A stretch of DNA of 61,333 bases, the filler included. It is 7 parts of 7 records of this genome, joined end to end, with 100 filler letters (N's around TTAATTAATTAA, not from the genome) between each part and the next. Parts side by side here need not be neighbours in the genome. Positions count along the whole stretch, not along the records: positions 39,438 to 45,652 come from SRR31147125_16446; positions 45,753 to 61,333 come from SRR31147125_16449; 5 more parts are not named here. One strand, written 5' to 3'. The position numbers were made by a program, and so were the translations under genes. Shown here piece by piece: positions 41,680 through 51,780 of this stretch (positions are counted from its first letter, which is position 1; every line of letters begins with the position of its first letter). The notes under the pieces are model-generated. The model was not told the origin of the DNA, did no database searches, and saw nothing but the letters and a program-made list of their open reading frames with translations.

Positions 41680-41695
41680 TGGCATTCAAATTGCA
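41680..41695 (+). promoter_or_regulatory. Candidate sigma-54 promoter
   Basis: TGGCATTCAAATTGCA: GG-N10-GC spacing. Confidence 0.5.
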
Positions 41696-41871
41696 ATATA
41701 GCTATTGACAATTCAAACAATATACACCATAACTTCAATCAATTCAATCATCCACACACCAAACTCAAGGTAATTTCCTATAAAATTCGATCCCTGAATA
41801 GCACCTGTTATATACACATCTGTTACAATAATGCGACAGAAAATCCTCTACACCTTTTAAGAAACTAAAAT

Positions 41872-42933
41872 ATGACTATAAAAATAATAAATCCCTCAAC
41901 AGACCAGAGATGGGACAGGTTTGTTTTAAATAACGAAAGCAGCTCAATATATCATCATTCTTCCTGGAAAGAATTAATAGAGCGCACTTTTAAACATGTT
42001 TATCCTTTATATTACATCCAGGAAAACAAAGATCATGAAATCGAGACCGGCATTGCTACATTTTTTGTAAAAAGTTATTTAACGGGAAAGCGCCTTGTTT
42101 CTCCTCCTCTCGCCACTTATTGTAATATTATTGGTACTGATCCACATAAAATCCAAAAAACATTAACTCACGTATTTCTTCAAGCTCAAAAACTGAATGC
42201 AGACTATATCGAATTAAAAATGGACCAACAAACGTGCATGTTTGATTCGTTGGAATCAGAAATATGTGATCAATATATGACTCATATTTTGCCCTTAAAT
42301 CTTCCCAAAAAAGAACTTTTTCGTTCTTTTCATAATACCACAATCAGACAAAGAATAAAAAAAGCGGAGAAATCCGGTCTAAAACTTGTTACCGGAAAAA
42401 GTATTAGTGATATGGAAGAATTTTACCGTTTACACGTACTGACACGAAAAAAACATGGTCTACCCGCCCACCCGCGAACTTTTTTCAGAAATATGTGGGA
42501 TATTTTATATCCTAAAGGATTGCTGACTCTTTTATTAGCTGAATATTCAGGTCAGAATATCGCAGCACTTTTACTTTTAAAATACAAATCAACCACATTT
42601 TCAGAGTATGGCGCATCAGATAAACGCTATCTACATCTGAACCCCAACCATTGGCTTTACTGGAAGGCTATCGAATTATCTAAAGATGAGGGTTTTGAAT
42701 ATTTTGATTTTGGCCGATCATCCAAATTAAATAAAGGACTTGTGGACTTTAAGAAACGATGGAATAGTAAAGAGAATTTTCTTTATTACTATTATTTCCC
42801 GAAGAAATCGGCAACAACATCATCGTCTGAAGAGTCCCGAAAATATAAAGCCATGCAAACGGTCATCAAACGCTCACCTCCATTGGTTACGGAATGGATA
42901 GGAAATATTTTATATAATCATTTAGGCGGTTAA
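41872..42933 (+). CDS. FemAB-like GNAT-fold protein
   Basis: WDRFV, SIYHH..W, LVS.P, R.RIKKAEK.GL, PNH.LYW..I, FDFGRS, GL..FKKRW. Confidence 0.85.
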   Translation: MTIKIINPSTDQRWDRFVLNNESSSIYHHSSWKELIERTFKHVYPLYYIQENKDHEIETGIATFFVKSYLTGKRLVSPPLATYCNIIGTDPHKIQKTLTHVFLQAQKLNADYIELKMDQQTCMFDSLESEICDQYMTHILPLNLPKKELFRSFHNTTIRQRIKKAEKSGLKLVTGKSISDMEEFYRLHVLTRKKHGLPAHPRTFFRNMWDILYPKGLLTLLLAEYSGQNIAALLLLKYKSTTFSEYGASDKRYLHLNPNHWLYWKAIELSKDEGFEYFDFGRSSKLNKGLVDFKKRWNSKENFLYYYYFPKKSATTSSSEESRKYKAMQTVIKRSPPLVTEWIGNILYNHLGG

Positions 42934-43211
42934 TCTTAAGATAGCCACATTTCGACCCATAACAGCTCGTGTATCCTATGCTGGTTTTTAATTTGTGGTA
43001 AAAGATACACAATTATCGACATCAAAAAGGGAATTCATGAGCCCCTTTACCTGGGACTTTTCCAATTCAGCCCAACAAATCTAAATCTTCTTGCCTATTC
43101 CTTTAATATAGAAAAATATGCTTGCTCAATTTAGATTTTACCCATATAATGACATCATTGTATTATATTCATAAAAATAAATCTTGATTAAAATATTAAC
43201 ACGAGAAACAG

Positions 43212-44813
43212 ATGAGTAAACAATTCTCTATTTTGACTATTTTATTTCTTCTTTTTGTCACAACATCCGGATTTTCAAAAATCTATTCAGTGATCGACTA
43301 TGGTGCCAAAGGAGATGGCTTTACATCTGACACCAGGGCCATTCAGGCGACCATCGATGCTTGTAGTAAGAACGGTGGTGGCAGGATTTATTTTGCACCA
43401 GGCACCTATTTATCAGGCACCATTTATATAAAAAATGGCGTGGAATTAAATCTGGAGCATGGCGCAACACTGTTGGGCAGCACAAAAGAAGAGGATTATC
43501 CGATAACAATTTGTGATTTTCGCTCGTACACAGATAAATACGTTGTACGAAGCCTTATCTATGCTGAAAAAGCACAACATATTTCCATCACTGGTCGTGG
43601 CACCATTGACGGACGGGGTGCCGCATTCAAAGACCGTCGCTCCAAAGAGGATCCCTATAAACGCCGTCCTTACCTCATTCGAATGATTGAATGCACGGAT
43701 ATCGCCGTCCAGGATATCACCATTAAAAACTCACCCATGTGGGTGCAGCATTATCTGGCCTGTGACGATGTGTTAATCGATGGTATCACCGTACGCAGCC
43801 GTGTGTCCGGTAATAATGACGGAATCGATATCGACAGCTGCCATCGTGTTCGAATCGCCAACTGCGATATCCGCAGCGGGGATGATGCCATTGTACTCAA
43901 GGCCTCATCCAACCGGTCATGTCGGGATGTCGCTGTCACTAACTGCATTCTGAGCTCAGATGCAAATGGTTTCAAGCTTGGCACGGAATCAAATGGCGGG
44001 TTTCAGAATATTACCATGAGTAATTGTATTATCTATGATACCCGAAAACTGGGTATCGCGCTGGAAATGGTTGATGGTGGGCTTTTGGAACGGGTGACTG
44101 TCAATAACGTATCTATTGACAATTGCGGTGCTGCAATATTCGTTAGATTGGGGAACAGAGCGAGACCCTATCTGGTTAGAAAAACAGATCAACAAAAAGA
44201 GAGTTTTGCTGATAAAAAGAATATAGAACGACCAGGAGTTGGCACATTACGCCAGGTCATTATCAGCAATGTTGTTGCTAGCAATATAGGTAAATATGGA
44301 TGTTCCATTACAGGTATTCCAGGGCATAATGTAACGGATGTAACCCTGGACAATATCCGAATTGAATTTATTGGAGGTGGCAGCAGGGATCTGGTGGAAA
44401 AACCTGTTCCGGAAAAGGAAAAGAAATATCCGGGTATTAATCTGTTTGGAGAATTCCCCTCTTATGGTTTCTTTACCCGGCATGTCAGGGACATCAAATT
44501 CAGTAATATAAAACTGGAATTAAAAGAAGCGGATGCCAGGCCTGCCATGATTTTTGATCAGGTTGAGGATCTGGATCTTTTTGACGTGGACGGCGACATT
44601 TTTCCTTCCGCACTCTCGTTATTGTGGATGAAAAGCGTAAACGGAGCCATGGTTCACGCCTGCAGACCAACACGGCAGATGGCTACATTTCTCAAAGTTG
44701 ACAACTCTAAAAACATCAGCATATTCAACAACGATTTTAAGAATGCCCAAAAGCCTGTAATCCTGAACTCTGCAATGAACAAAAAAGAACTCTATTATCA
44801 AAATAATCGTTAA
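43212..44813 (+). CDS. Secreted GH28-like glycoside hydrolase (paralog 2)
   Basis: DYGAKGDG, NNDGIDID, GDDAIVLK, GTESNGGF; collinear with paralog 1. Confidence 0.88.
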   Translation: MSKQFSILTILFLLFVTTSGFSKIYSVIDYGAKGDGFTSDTRAIQATIDACSKNGGGRIYFAPGTYLSGTIYIKNGVELNLEHGATLLGSTKEEDYPITICDFRSYTDKYVVRSLIYAEKAQHISITGRGTIDGRGAAFKDRRSKEDPYKRRPYLIRMIECTDIAVQDITIKNSPMWVQHYLACDDVLIDGITVRSRVSGNNDGIDIDSCHRVRIANCDIRSGDDAIVLKASSNRSCRDVAVTNCILSSDANGFKLGTESNGGFQNITMSNCIIYDTRKLGIALEMVDGGLLERVTVNNVSIDNCGAAIFVRLGNRARPYLVRKTDQQKESFADKKNIERPGVGTLRQVIISNVVASNIGKYGCSITGIPGHNVTDVTLDNIRIEFIGGGSRDLVEKPVPEKEKKYPGINLFGEFPSYGFFTRHVRDIKFSNIKLELKEADARPAMIFDQVEDLDLFDVDGDIFPSALSLLWMKSVNGAMVHACRPTRQMATFLKVDNSKNISIFNNDFKNAQKPVILNSAMNKKELYYQNNR

Positions 44814-44824
44814 TAATTTATTTT

Positions 44825-44844
44825 GCCCGGGAGCAATCCCGGGC
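44825..44844 (+). terminator. 3' hairpin of GH28 paralog 2
   Basis: GCCCGGGA-GCAA-TCCCGGGC (GNRA loop). Confidence 0.55.
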
Positions 44845-44992
44845 CATGTTATTCTTTTAATCCGTAACCTTTCATTTTTAAATATCTCCATCTAATGCAG
44901 ATTTAAAACACCTGACTATATCACAATCCTTCATATTGGTTTCTCTGATTTATTTACAACTATCATTTATTGATTGAAATTAAAATCCATCC

Positions 44993-45619
44993 CTACCCCT
45001 TTTTAAAAAAGAACAGATTTCCGGATGAAAATATCAACAGCGTTAAATAAATATAGAATGGAAACCAGAAAATACTTCCAGAACCCCCGATATGAAAATA
45101 GTTTAACAGAAACAACGCAAACATAAGCGGCATGGAGACAATCCAGGTTGTAATGCCGGCTTTTGTCATATCTGTTCGCTGCTTTTCGTCTAATAATCCG
45201 GCATTTTTTTCTTTTATAACCTGATAGAGCCAGCTAAAGAAAACAATCGCATAGGGAAACAATATAAAAATCATGGCCGGCAAAATAAACCATTTTCTTT
45301 TATCCGGATTTAAATCCATTTGAATTTCTGCCAAGGTCAAAAACAGCCCGATTCCCGCACAAAGAATTCCCAATAAATTCATGGTCACAAAGAAATGTTC
45401 ACCGAGATATGTTGATTTTTCAATATTTTGCTTACTACTCGTAACGATAACTTTGAAAAGCATTAAAAGAAGAGATATATAAAAAAGAGAATGAATAACA
45501 TAACCTATATATACGCAGCTCAATTCATTTATCACCTCTAATCCAAGAGGATATTCTTTAACGATATCTGTTAAACAACCCCAATCGGTCATGATACAAA
45601 TAAAAGAGATAGCACCCAA
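44993..45619 (-). CDS. Hypothetical multi-pass membrane protein, start uncertain near contig end
   Basis: About 5 hydrophobic segments; DEKQ..D..KAG pattern resembles DUF2178. Confidence 0.6.
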   Translation of the reverse strand: MGAISFICIMTDWGCLTDIVKEYPLGLEVINELSCVYIGYVIHSLFYISLLLMLFKVIVTSSKQNIEKSTYLGEHFFVTMNLLGILCAGIGLFLTLAEIQMDLNPDKRKWFILPAMIFILFPYAIVFFSWLYQVIKEKNAGLLDEKQRTDMTKAGITTWIVSMPLMFALFLLNYFHIGGSGSIFWFPFYIYLTLLIFSSGNLFFFKKG

Positions 45620-45652
45620 AATTAAGAGTTATATTCAAATGTTGTGGATTGA

Positions 45653-45752
45653 NNNNNNNNNNNNNNNNNNNNNNNNNNNNNNNNNNNNNNNNNNNNTTAA
45701 TTAATTAANNNNNNNNNNNNNNNNNNNNNNNNNNNNNNNNNNNNNNNNNNNN
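45653..45752. other. Artificial contig spacer
   Basis: N44-TTAATTAATTAA-N44. Confidence 0.98.
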
Positions 45753-45843
45753 CATTGCGAGAAGTGAAACGACGAAGCAATCTAGAGAATCTACATCTTA
45801 AAACTGGATCGCCGCGTCGCCCTGCGGGCTCCTCGCGATGACA
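45753..45843. repeat. REP/RPE-like palindromic element, copy 1
   Basis: CATTGCGAGAAG...GCAATC...TGGATCGCCGCGTCGCC..GGCTCCTCGCGATGACA; second copy at 60760-60854. Confidence 0.8.
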
Positions 45844-45890
45844 CAAAAGGTCATCAACAATTTGACAAAAAAAGAGCTCAACCATAATGA

Positions 45891-47063
45891 CTATCTACGT
45901 CTCTTCCTCTTGGATCCCCGAAGGGCTTTACGATATTTTTTATCATCCTTAAGATATTCTATAGCTTTAATCTTCTGCTCATCAAATCCGCTATCTTCGT
46001 CTTGTTCAAGAATAATATTTGGGACTATACCAAAACCCTGAATTGAATGACCCGAAGGCGTGTAATACTTGGCAATTGTGATTTTAAGAGCAGACCCATC
46101 ATCCAATTCCAAAACAGATTGAACAGATCCCTTACCAAAAGATTGAGTACCTACTATGACGGCTTTTCCATAATCTTTCAAAGCACCAGCTAAAATTTCA
46201 GAGGCTGAGGCACTTCCTCCGTTCACCAAAATAACAATTGGGAACTCTGAATATGTTCCGTTTCTCTTCGCATCATATTTTGCTATTTCTTGATCCCTGC
46301 TTCTCGTGCTAACAATAACACCATTATCAACAAAAAGATCAGCAACATCTATTGCCTGGCTTAAAAGACCACCTGGATTATTCCTGAGATCAATTACCAA
46401 TCCATTAATAATATTATCAGCAGAAATCTTCTTTAACTTACTCTTTAATTCTGCAGCAGTTCTTTCCTGAAAGGTGCTAATTTTTGCATAGAAATAACCT
46501 TCACCCAAATTTTCTACTGTAACGCTCGGAACTTTAATAACCTTCCTTAAAATCCTTACATCAAACGGATGTTTTTTACCTTTTCTTGTTAATGTCAAAG
46601 AAACCTTTGTACCAACTCGTCCCCTCATCATGGCAACCGCTTCGCTCAAAGTCACACCCTTTGTTGAAACACCATTTACCCTAACGATCCTATCTCCAGG
46701 CTTCACACCAACCTGAAATGCAGGAGAGCCTTCAATTGGAGAGACTATGGTCAGCCAACCTTTTTTGATAGTAACTTCAATACCAATTCCACCAAAGCGA
46801 CCTGTTGCTTCTATCTTTAGCTCACGATAGACATCCGGTGGCATATAGATAGTATGAGGATCTAAAGTCATCAACATTCCACGAATCGCTCCAGAGATCA
46901 GCCTCTTCTCATCTATACTCTCAACATAATTCTCTTCGACCTGATGCAAAACTTCAGCAAAAGAATGAAGATGCTTATATCCTTTTTCAGAAAGGGCATT
47001 GGCCTTAAAACCAATGAACAAAAAGATGAACAGCAAAGAGATAAAGACTATTTTTTTATGCAT
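45891..47063 (-). CDS. ctpA: Carboxy-terminal processing protease, S41A with PDZ domain
   Basis: LDPHT.Y, FGGIGI, DLRNNPGGLL, GSASASEI, SFGKGSVQ, YYTPSG.SIQ. Confidence 0.95.
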   Translation of the reverse strand: MHKKIVFISLLFIFLFIGFKANALSEKGYKHLHSFAEVLHQVEENYVESIDEKRLISGAIRGMLMTLDPHTIYMPPDVYRELKIEATGRFGGIGIEVTIKKGWLTIVSPIEGSPAFQVGVKPGDRIVRVNGVSTKGVTLSEAVAMMRGRVGTKVSLTLTRKGKKHPFDVRILRKVIKVPSVTVENLGEGYFYAKISTFQERTAAELKSKLKKISADNIINGLVIDLRNNPGGLLSQAIDVADLFVDNGVIVSTRSRDQEIAKYDAKRNGTYSEFPIVILVNGGSASASEILAGALKDYGKAVIVGTQSFGKGSVQSVLELDDGSALKITIAKYYTPSGHSIQGFGIVPNIILEQDEDSGFDEQKIKAIEYLKDDKKYRKALRGSKRKRRR

Positions 47064-47227
47064 AGAACTTCCCCGTTGGAGGTCAATTATTATCCTACTC
47101 TAATTAGTTGTTAACTATATAATTACGGACAGATATTATCTAGCATAATTCTTAAAGGAAAAACAGCGCTCATTAATATTACGTACAAGGTTAAGATTCT
47201 ACATATGAAACCCAAGCATATAAACAG

Positions 47228-47257
47228 TGTCATCCTCGGGCTTAACCGAGGATGACA
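47228..47257. repeat. Short perfect palindrome (REP-like or terminator) after murI
   Basis: TGTCATCCTCGG-GCTTAA-CCGAGGATGACA. Confidence 0.7.
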
Positions 47258-47269
47258 ACTAGAGGAGAA

Positions 47270-48073
47270 TTATAATTCAATTCTTTTTACAGGAGGATGG
47301 TCCTCACCTAGGAAGCGTTTTAGGGTTATTTCAAACTTCGAAGGCAGATCCGTAACATATATATGATCTTCGGCATCATTACCATTATCAGACAAAAGAT
47401 CGTTAGAAGTCAGCATCTCTTTCAAGTCAGAAGCCAAAGCCTCTGCTGAATCAACAAGAGCTACATCATCTCCCATCACTTTATTTATGATCTCTTTTAG
47501 ATGTGGGTAGTGAGTACAACCCAAAATAAGTGTGTCTATCGATTCTGCCTTCATGGTTGAAAGATATTTTTCAGCAACAGATTTCGTAATTTCGTTATCA
47601 ACCCACCCTTCTTCAACCAGTGGAACAAAGAGAGGGCATGGAAGACTGACAACCTTTGCATCAGGCGATAATTTCTTAATCCCCTGAGCATATCTATTAC
47701 TCTGAATAGTTGAATCCGTACCAATAACACCAATATTATGATTGCGGGTCTTTGCCAAAGCTGCCTTTACGCCCGGCTCAATAACCCCCATAATTGGAAG
47801 TGAGTTTTGATCTTTTAATGATGGAATTGCACAAGCAGAAGATGTGTTACAAGCTGCAACTATAGCCTTGACCTCTCTCTTCTTCAAGAAATCGGCATTT
47901 TCTAGTGAATATCTGATTATTGTCTCAGAAGACTTCGGCCCATAGGGAACTCTAGCCGTATCACCAAGATATACAACAGATTCAGTGGGCATTAGCTCTT
48001 TAATAGCCTTAAAAACTGTTAACCCCCCAACACCAGAATCAAAGATTCCTATTGCCATTTTTTTATCTATCAT
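47270..48073 (-). CDS. murI: Glutamate racemase
   Basis: FDSGVGGLTV, DTARVPYG, ACNT, LGCTHYP; start at MIDKK. Confidence 0.97.
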   Translation of the reverse strand: MIDKKMAIGIFDSGVGGLTVFKAIKELMPTESVVYLGDTARVPYGPKSSETIIRYSLENADFLKKREVKAIVAACNTSSACAIPSLKDQNSLPIMGVIEPGVKAALAKTRNHNIGVIGTDSTIQSNRYAQGIKKLSPDAKVVSLPCPLFVPLVEEGWVDNEITKSVAEKYLSTMKAESIDTLILGCTHYPHLKEIINKVMGDDVALVDSAEALASDLKEMLTSNDLLSDNGNDAEDHIYVTDLPSKFEITLKRFLGEDHPPVKRIEL

Positions 48074-48262
48074 TAATAACTCCCTAGTATTTTCTTGAAG
48101 GAAGAACACATAAACAAGCAATAAACAACTGTCAAACAAATAGTAGCAACATATTTTTCTCTTTTGTTGACCTCCTAGTTATTGTATTATGTGAAGATTG
48201 CACTGGGGGCATCCCTAACTATTTAATATTTATAATCTTTTATAAAACGAAAGGATATTTCT

Positions 48263-48955
48263 ATGTTAGCACTACTACTTGCTGAAGAAGTTGCTGAGGT
48301 TTCTCTTCAAACACAGCATAAACTGATCGAGTTATTCACTCAATCGGACATCTTCATCAAAATCACACTGATTTTGACACTTTTCTTCTCAATTACTAGC
48401 TGGGCAATCATTGGAATGAAGCAAAGACAGCTAAAAAGAGACAAAAAGAGATCAGATAAGTTTCTGACAACCTTTTGGCGAGCAAAATCGATCGATTCAT
48501 TGATCGAAAAAGGCTCATTCTTAAGAAGTCCAGTCTTCAACATCTTCAAATCAGGAATTTCTGCGCTAAAAGAGCATGGTGAAACAAAAGACAAAGAACG
48601 AATCACCTATGCAGTTCGCAAAACAATGGATGATGAAGCAGAAGGTTTGGAAAGCTACACACCTTTTCTTGCAACAACCGCAAGTGCCGCACCTTTTTTG
48701 GGTCTGTTCGGTACAGTTTGGGGAATTTTGAATGCTTTCTGGAAATTGGGCCACTCGGCTGGCGCCAACTCAATCGAAATTGTTGGACCACATATTGCTG
48801 AAGCTCTATCAACTACAGCCTTAGGTCTTGTAACAGCTATCCCGGCAGTTATCTTCTATAACTTTTTTGCAAGTAAGATTCGTTTGCAAACAAGAGATCT
48901 GAATCAGTTTGCTGGCGATTTATTAAACAGAATTGACGACGAATATTTAAAATAG
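48263..48955 (+). CDS. tolQ: TolQ (MotA/TolQ/ExbB family)
   Basis: APFLGLFGTVWGI, IAEAL..TALGL..AIPA..FYN. Confidence 0.9.
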   Translation: MLALLLAEEVAEVSLQTQHKLIELFTQSDIFIKITLILTLFFSITSWAIIGMKQRQLKRDKKRSDKFLTTFWRAKSIDSLIEKGSFLRSPVFNIFKSGISALKEHGETKDKERITYAVRKTMDDEAEGLESYTPFLATTASAAPFLGLFGTVWGILNAFWKLGHSAGANSIEIVGPHIAEALSTTALGLVTAIPAVIFYNFFASKIRLQTRDLNQFAGDLLNRIDDEYLK

Positions 48956-48976
48956 TTTTTTACCTTAGAGGTTTTT

Positions 48977-49447
48977 ATGAACGGTTCAAATCCTAGCAGT
49001 CGTGTTTTATTGGCTGATATCAACTTAACACCATTTGTTGATATCATGATGGTTCTGTTGATCATCTTTATGGTTACAGCACCGCTAATGCAACACGGAC
49101 TTGATGTTAATCTACCACAGGCAAAATCTCCGGTTATGGAGAAAAAGCAAGAAGATGTGGTTTTAACAGTAAAAAAAGATGGTTCAATGTATCTTGGAAA
49201 AGACAAGACTCCAGTATCTATCGGTTTTCTCGAACACAAACTTGGAGAAGTCTTCAAGAATGTTGATAAAAAAGATCTATATATTAGAGCAGATGATCAG
49301 GTTCTGTACGGTAGAATTGTGAACATAATGGCAGTTGCGAAAGCAGCAGGAGTCGAACGTATCGGCATGATAACAAAACCGCTTTCAAAAGTTCGTGAGG
49401 GCTCAACATCATTGATTCCACTAAACAAAGATAGCAGTAGCAGCTAA
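48977..49447 (+). CDS. tolR: TolR
   Basis: INLTPFVDIMMVLLIIFMVTAP, V.LP, IRAD..V.YG. Confidence 0.9.
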   Translation: MNGSNPSSRVLLADINLTPFVDIMMVLLIIFMVTAPLMQHGLDVNLPQAKSPVMEKKQEDVVLTVKKDGSMYLGKDKTPVSIGFLEHKLGEVFKNVDKKDLYIRADDQVLYGRIVNIMAVAKAAGVERIGMITKPLSKVREGSTSLIPLNKDSSSS

Positions 49448-49462
49448 TCATTTGGGAGATAA

Positions 49463-50197
49463 GTGAAGAGAACGAGATCAACAAAATCACCGCTAAAAAG
49501 TGCACTGATCATTTCAGCCTTATTTCATTTAACATTCATTGTTATAGTGTTGGTTGCACCTTCGGGTTGGTTTATCGATCCTAAGCCACCGATCGATTTC
49601 GTATGGATTGAGCTTCCCAAAGGAGTTGGCGAGGACATAACAACTCTTAAAGAGACAAAACAACTACCAGACAGCACGATTCAAGACCAAAAAATCACAC
49701 CGCTAAAACCTCTTCCAAAGCCAAAAGAAAAGACTATGCCTGAGCCAAAGGTTGCAAAGAAGAAGACTGTTAAGAAAAAGAAGGTCAAGAAGAGATCAAG
49801 CATGGACAGAGCTCTGGCTAAGATAGACAAACGCTTGAAAAATAGAGATACTGCTCAAGTCAAGACACCTGGATCTGGTTTTGAAGCGGGAACATCAACA
49901 AAAGTAGTTAAGGATAAAGGATATCAAACGGCTCTAATCAAATATAGAGCCCTGGTTAAGTCCCGAATCAGAAGACAATTTCGTCCACCAGAGGGTGTTC
50001 AGGGAAAGGTTGTCATTACGGTCTTTATAAGCAAGTCCGGACACGTCCTTTCTAAGCGTTGGGCCAGAAAAGCCAGCAGTGACTCTCTAAACCAGGCTGC
50101 ATGGCGCGCTGTAGATAGAGCGTCGCCATTTCCAATTCCGCCAGATCCACTCAAGTGGGAAGCCTACACAGAAGGTTTCACGATCGATTTCAAATGA
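49463..50197 (+). CDS. tolA: TolA/TonB-like periplasmic linker
   Basis: TM with S..H (SALFH), Lys/Pro-rich linker, C-terminal AA.RAV.RA.PFP; lies between tolR and tolB. Confidence 0.82.
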   Translation: MKRTRSTKSPLKSALIISALFHLTFIVIVLVAPSGWFIDPKPPIDFVWIELPKGVGEDITTLKETKQLPDSTIQDQKITPLKPLPKPKEKTMPEPKVAKKKTVKKKKVKKRSSMDRALAKIDKRLKNRDTAQVKTPGSGFEAGTSTKVVKDKGYQTALIKYRALVKSRIRRQFRPPEGVQGKVVITVFISKSGHVLSKRWARKASSDSLNQAAWRAVDRASPFPIPPDPLKWEAYTEGFTIDFK

Positions 50198-50316
50198 CGG
50201 TTTTTCAGTTGAATTAAAATCCAAAAAAATGTAATAAATTCATAATATTTATTATTTTCAGCTATGTTCACGCGAAACATAGCAACATACCGTAGTTATA
50301 TTTTAGGGGGAGCTTA

Positions 50317-51630
50317 ATGATCCGGAAAACAATTGTCTTAGTAGTATTTATCGCCTCATTTTTAATAACCAACACAAGTTTTGCAAGAATCTATATTCCA
50401 ATCGATCAACCAGCAGATCAGAAATTTCCGATCGCTATCGCCGACCTGGTCAAACTCAAAGGAAGTGGCGTCAGATCAGCAACAAAAAAGATCCCGGATG
50501 TCATTAGAAATGATCTTGAACTAACCGGTTATTTTCAGGTTGTCCCAAAACGCGCCTATCTTGATAAATCAAAAGATATTTCTGCTGACACAATAGACTT
50601 TGCAAAATGGACAAAAGTCGGAGCTCTTGCTCTTGTCAAAGGAGCTATTCAGAATGTTGACGGAAAAATAATCGTTCAGTTAAAACTTTTCGACACAAAA
50701 GATAGAGAGATGCTTGTTGGAAAACAGTACACCTTTGAAGTTAAAGACATGAGAAAGATAGCCCACCGTTTTGCTGATGAGATCATGCTTGCAACAACGG
50801 GAATCAGAGGCGTCTTCGGAACAAGAATTGCCTACATCGGCATTACCGGTAAACGCAGCAAATCAGTATATGTTATGGATATGGATGGTGAAAATGCAAA
50901 ACGCCTGACGAAAGATAAATCAATAAGCTTAGGCCCGACATGGTCACCTGATGGATTGAAACTTGCTTATTCATCATACGTTCGAGGATTCCCAGACATC
51001 TATGAAATGAATCTAGCTAATGGACGAAAACGGCAACTAACTGCAAATAGGTCGACAAACATTACGCCGGCGTGGTCGCCGCTTGGGACGTGGATTGCGT
51101 ATGCATCTTCTGCACCTGGGAATATGGAAATTTATATCATGACTCCAGAAGGTGAAAACAACAGACGAATTTCGAATTCATTTGGAATCGATCTCGCTCC
51201 AACTTTTTCACCAGATGGGAACCAGATCCTCTATTCATCAGAGAGATCAGGAGCACTGCATATCTACAAACAATCTATCATGGGTGGAAAACCAGAGAGA
51301 ATAACATATGTCGGTTCGTTTAACGACTCCCCTTCCTGGTCACCTGACGGTCAGACAGTCGCTTTTGCAGGAAGAATGGGTGGACTCTACGACATCTACA
51401 CAGTCAATATTGATGGTTCAAACGTCCAACGTCTAACGATCAGCTCAGGAAATAACGAACATCCAAGATGGTCACCAGACGGAAGGTTTCTAACATTCAG
51501 CTCAACAAGAATGGGCAAACCTTACATCTTCATGATGCGCTACGACGGAGCAAACCAGATCATGATAAGCAAAAAGAAAGGCAAAAAATACCAAGCCCTA
51601 ATGCCAGACTGGGGCCCCTGGACTGATTAG
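50317..51630 (+). CDS. tolB: TolB (TolB_N + PD40 propeller)
   Basis: AHRFADEI, F.TRIAY, repeated P.WSPDG. Confidence 0.93.
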   Translation: MIRKTIVLVVFIASFLITNTSFARIYIPIDQPADQKFPIAIADLVKLKGSGVRSATKKIPDVIRNDLELTGYFQVVPKRAYLDKSKDISADTIDFAKWTKVGALALVKGAIQNVDGKIIVQLKLFDTKDREMLVGKQYTFEVKDMRKIAHRFADEIMLATTGIRGVFGTRIAYIGITGKRSKSVYVMDMDGENAKRLTKDKSISLGPTWSPDGLKLAYSSYVRGFPDIYEMNLANGRKRQLTANRSTNITPAWSPLGTWIAYASSAPGNMEIYIMTPEGENNRRISNSFGIDLAPTFSPDGNQILYSSERSGALHIYKQSIMGGKPERITYVGSFNDSPSWSPDGQTVAFAGRMGGLYDIYTVNIDGSNVQRLTISSGNNEHPRWSPDGRFLTFSSTRMGKPYIFMMRYDGANQIMISKKKGKKYQALMPDWGPWTD

Positions 51631-51684
51631 AGTTTGTCGGGATACCTAGTAAATTTTATTTACTAGGTATCCCTTACAAACTCT
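51629..51684. terminator. Long hairpin after tolB
   Basis: AGAGTTTGT..GGGATACCTAGTAAAT-TTT-ATTTACTAGGTATCCC..ACAAACTCT. Confidence 0.7.
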
Positions 51685-51748
51685 TATACTGCACCAAGAA
51701 AATATAATCGTTACAGTGCTAACCTTGTATCAAGCCTGAAGATTTTAG

Positions 51749-51778
51749 AAGGTGACGAAGCAACAACTTCGTTACCTT
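51749..51778 (-). terminator. Hairpin after the kinase gene
   Basis: AAGGTGACGAAG-CAACAA-CTTCGTTACCTT. Confidence 0.5.
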
Positions 51779-51780
51779 TT

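Noticed and set aside
6907-45752. Six identical TTAATTAATTAA motifs within N runs as a biological repeat
   Set aside because: Fixed 44+12+44 layout, stops in all six frames, truncated genes and composition jumps show they are concatenation linkers. ORFs containing X are artefacts.
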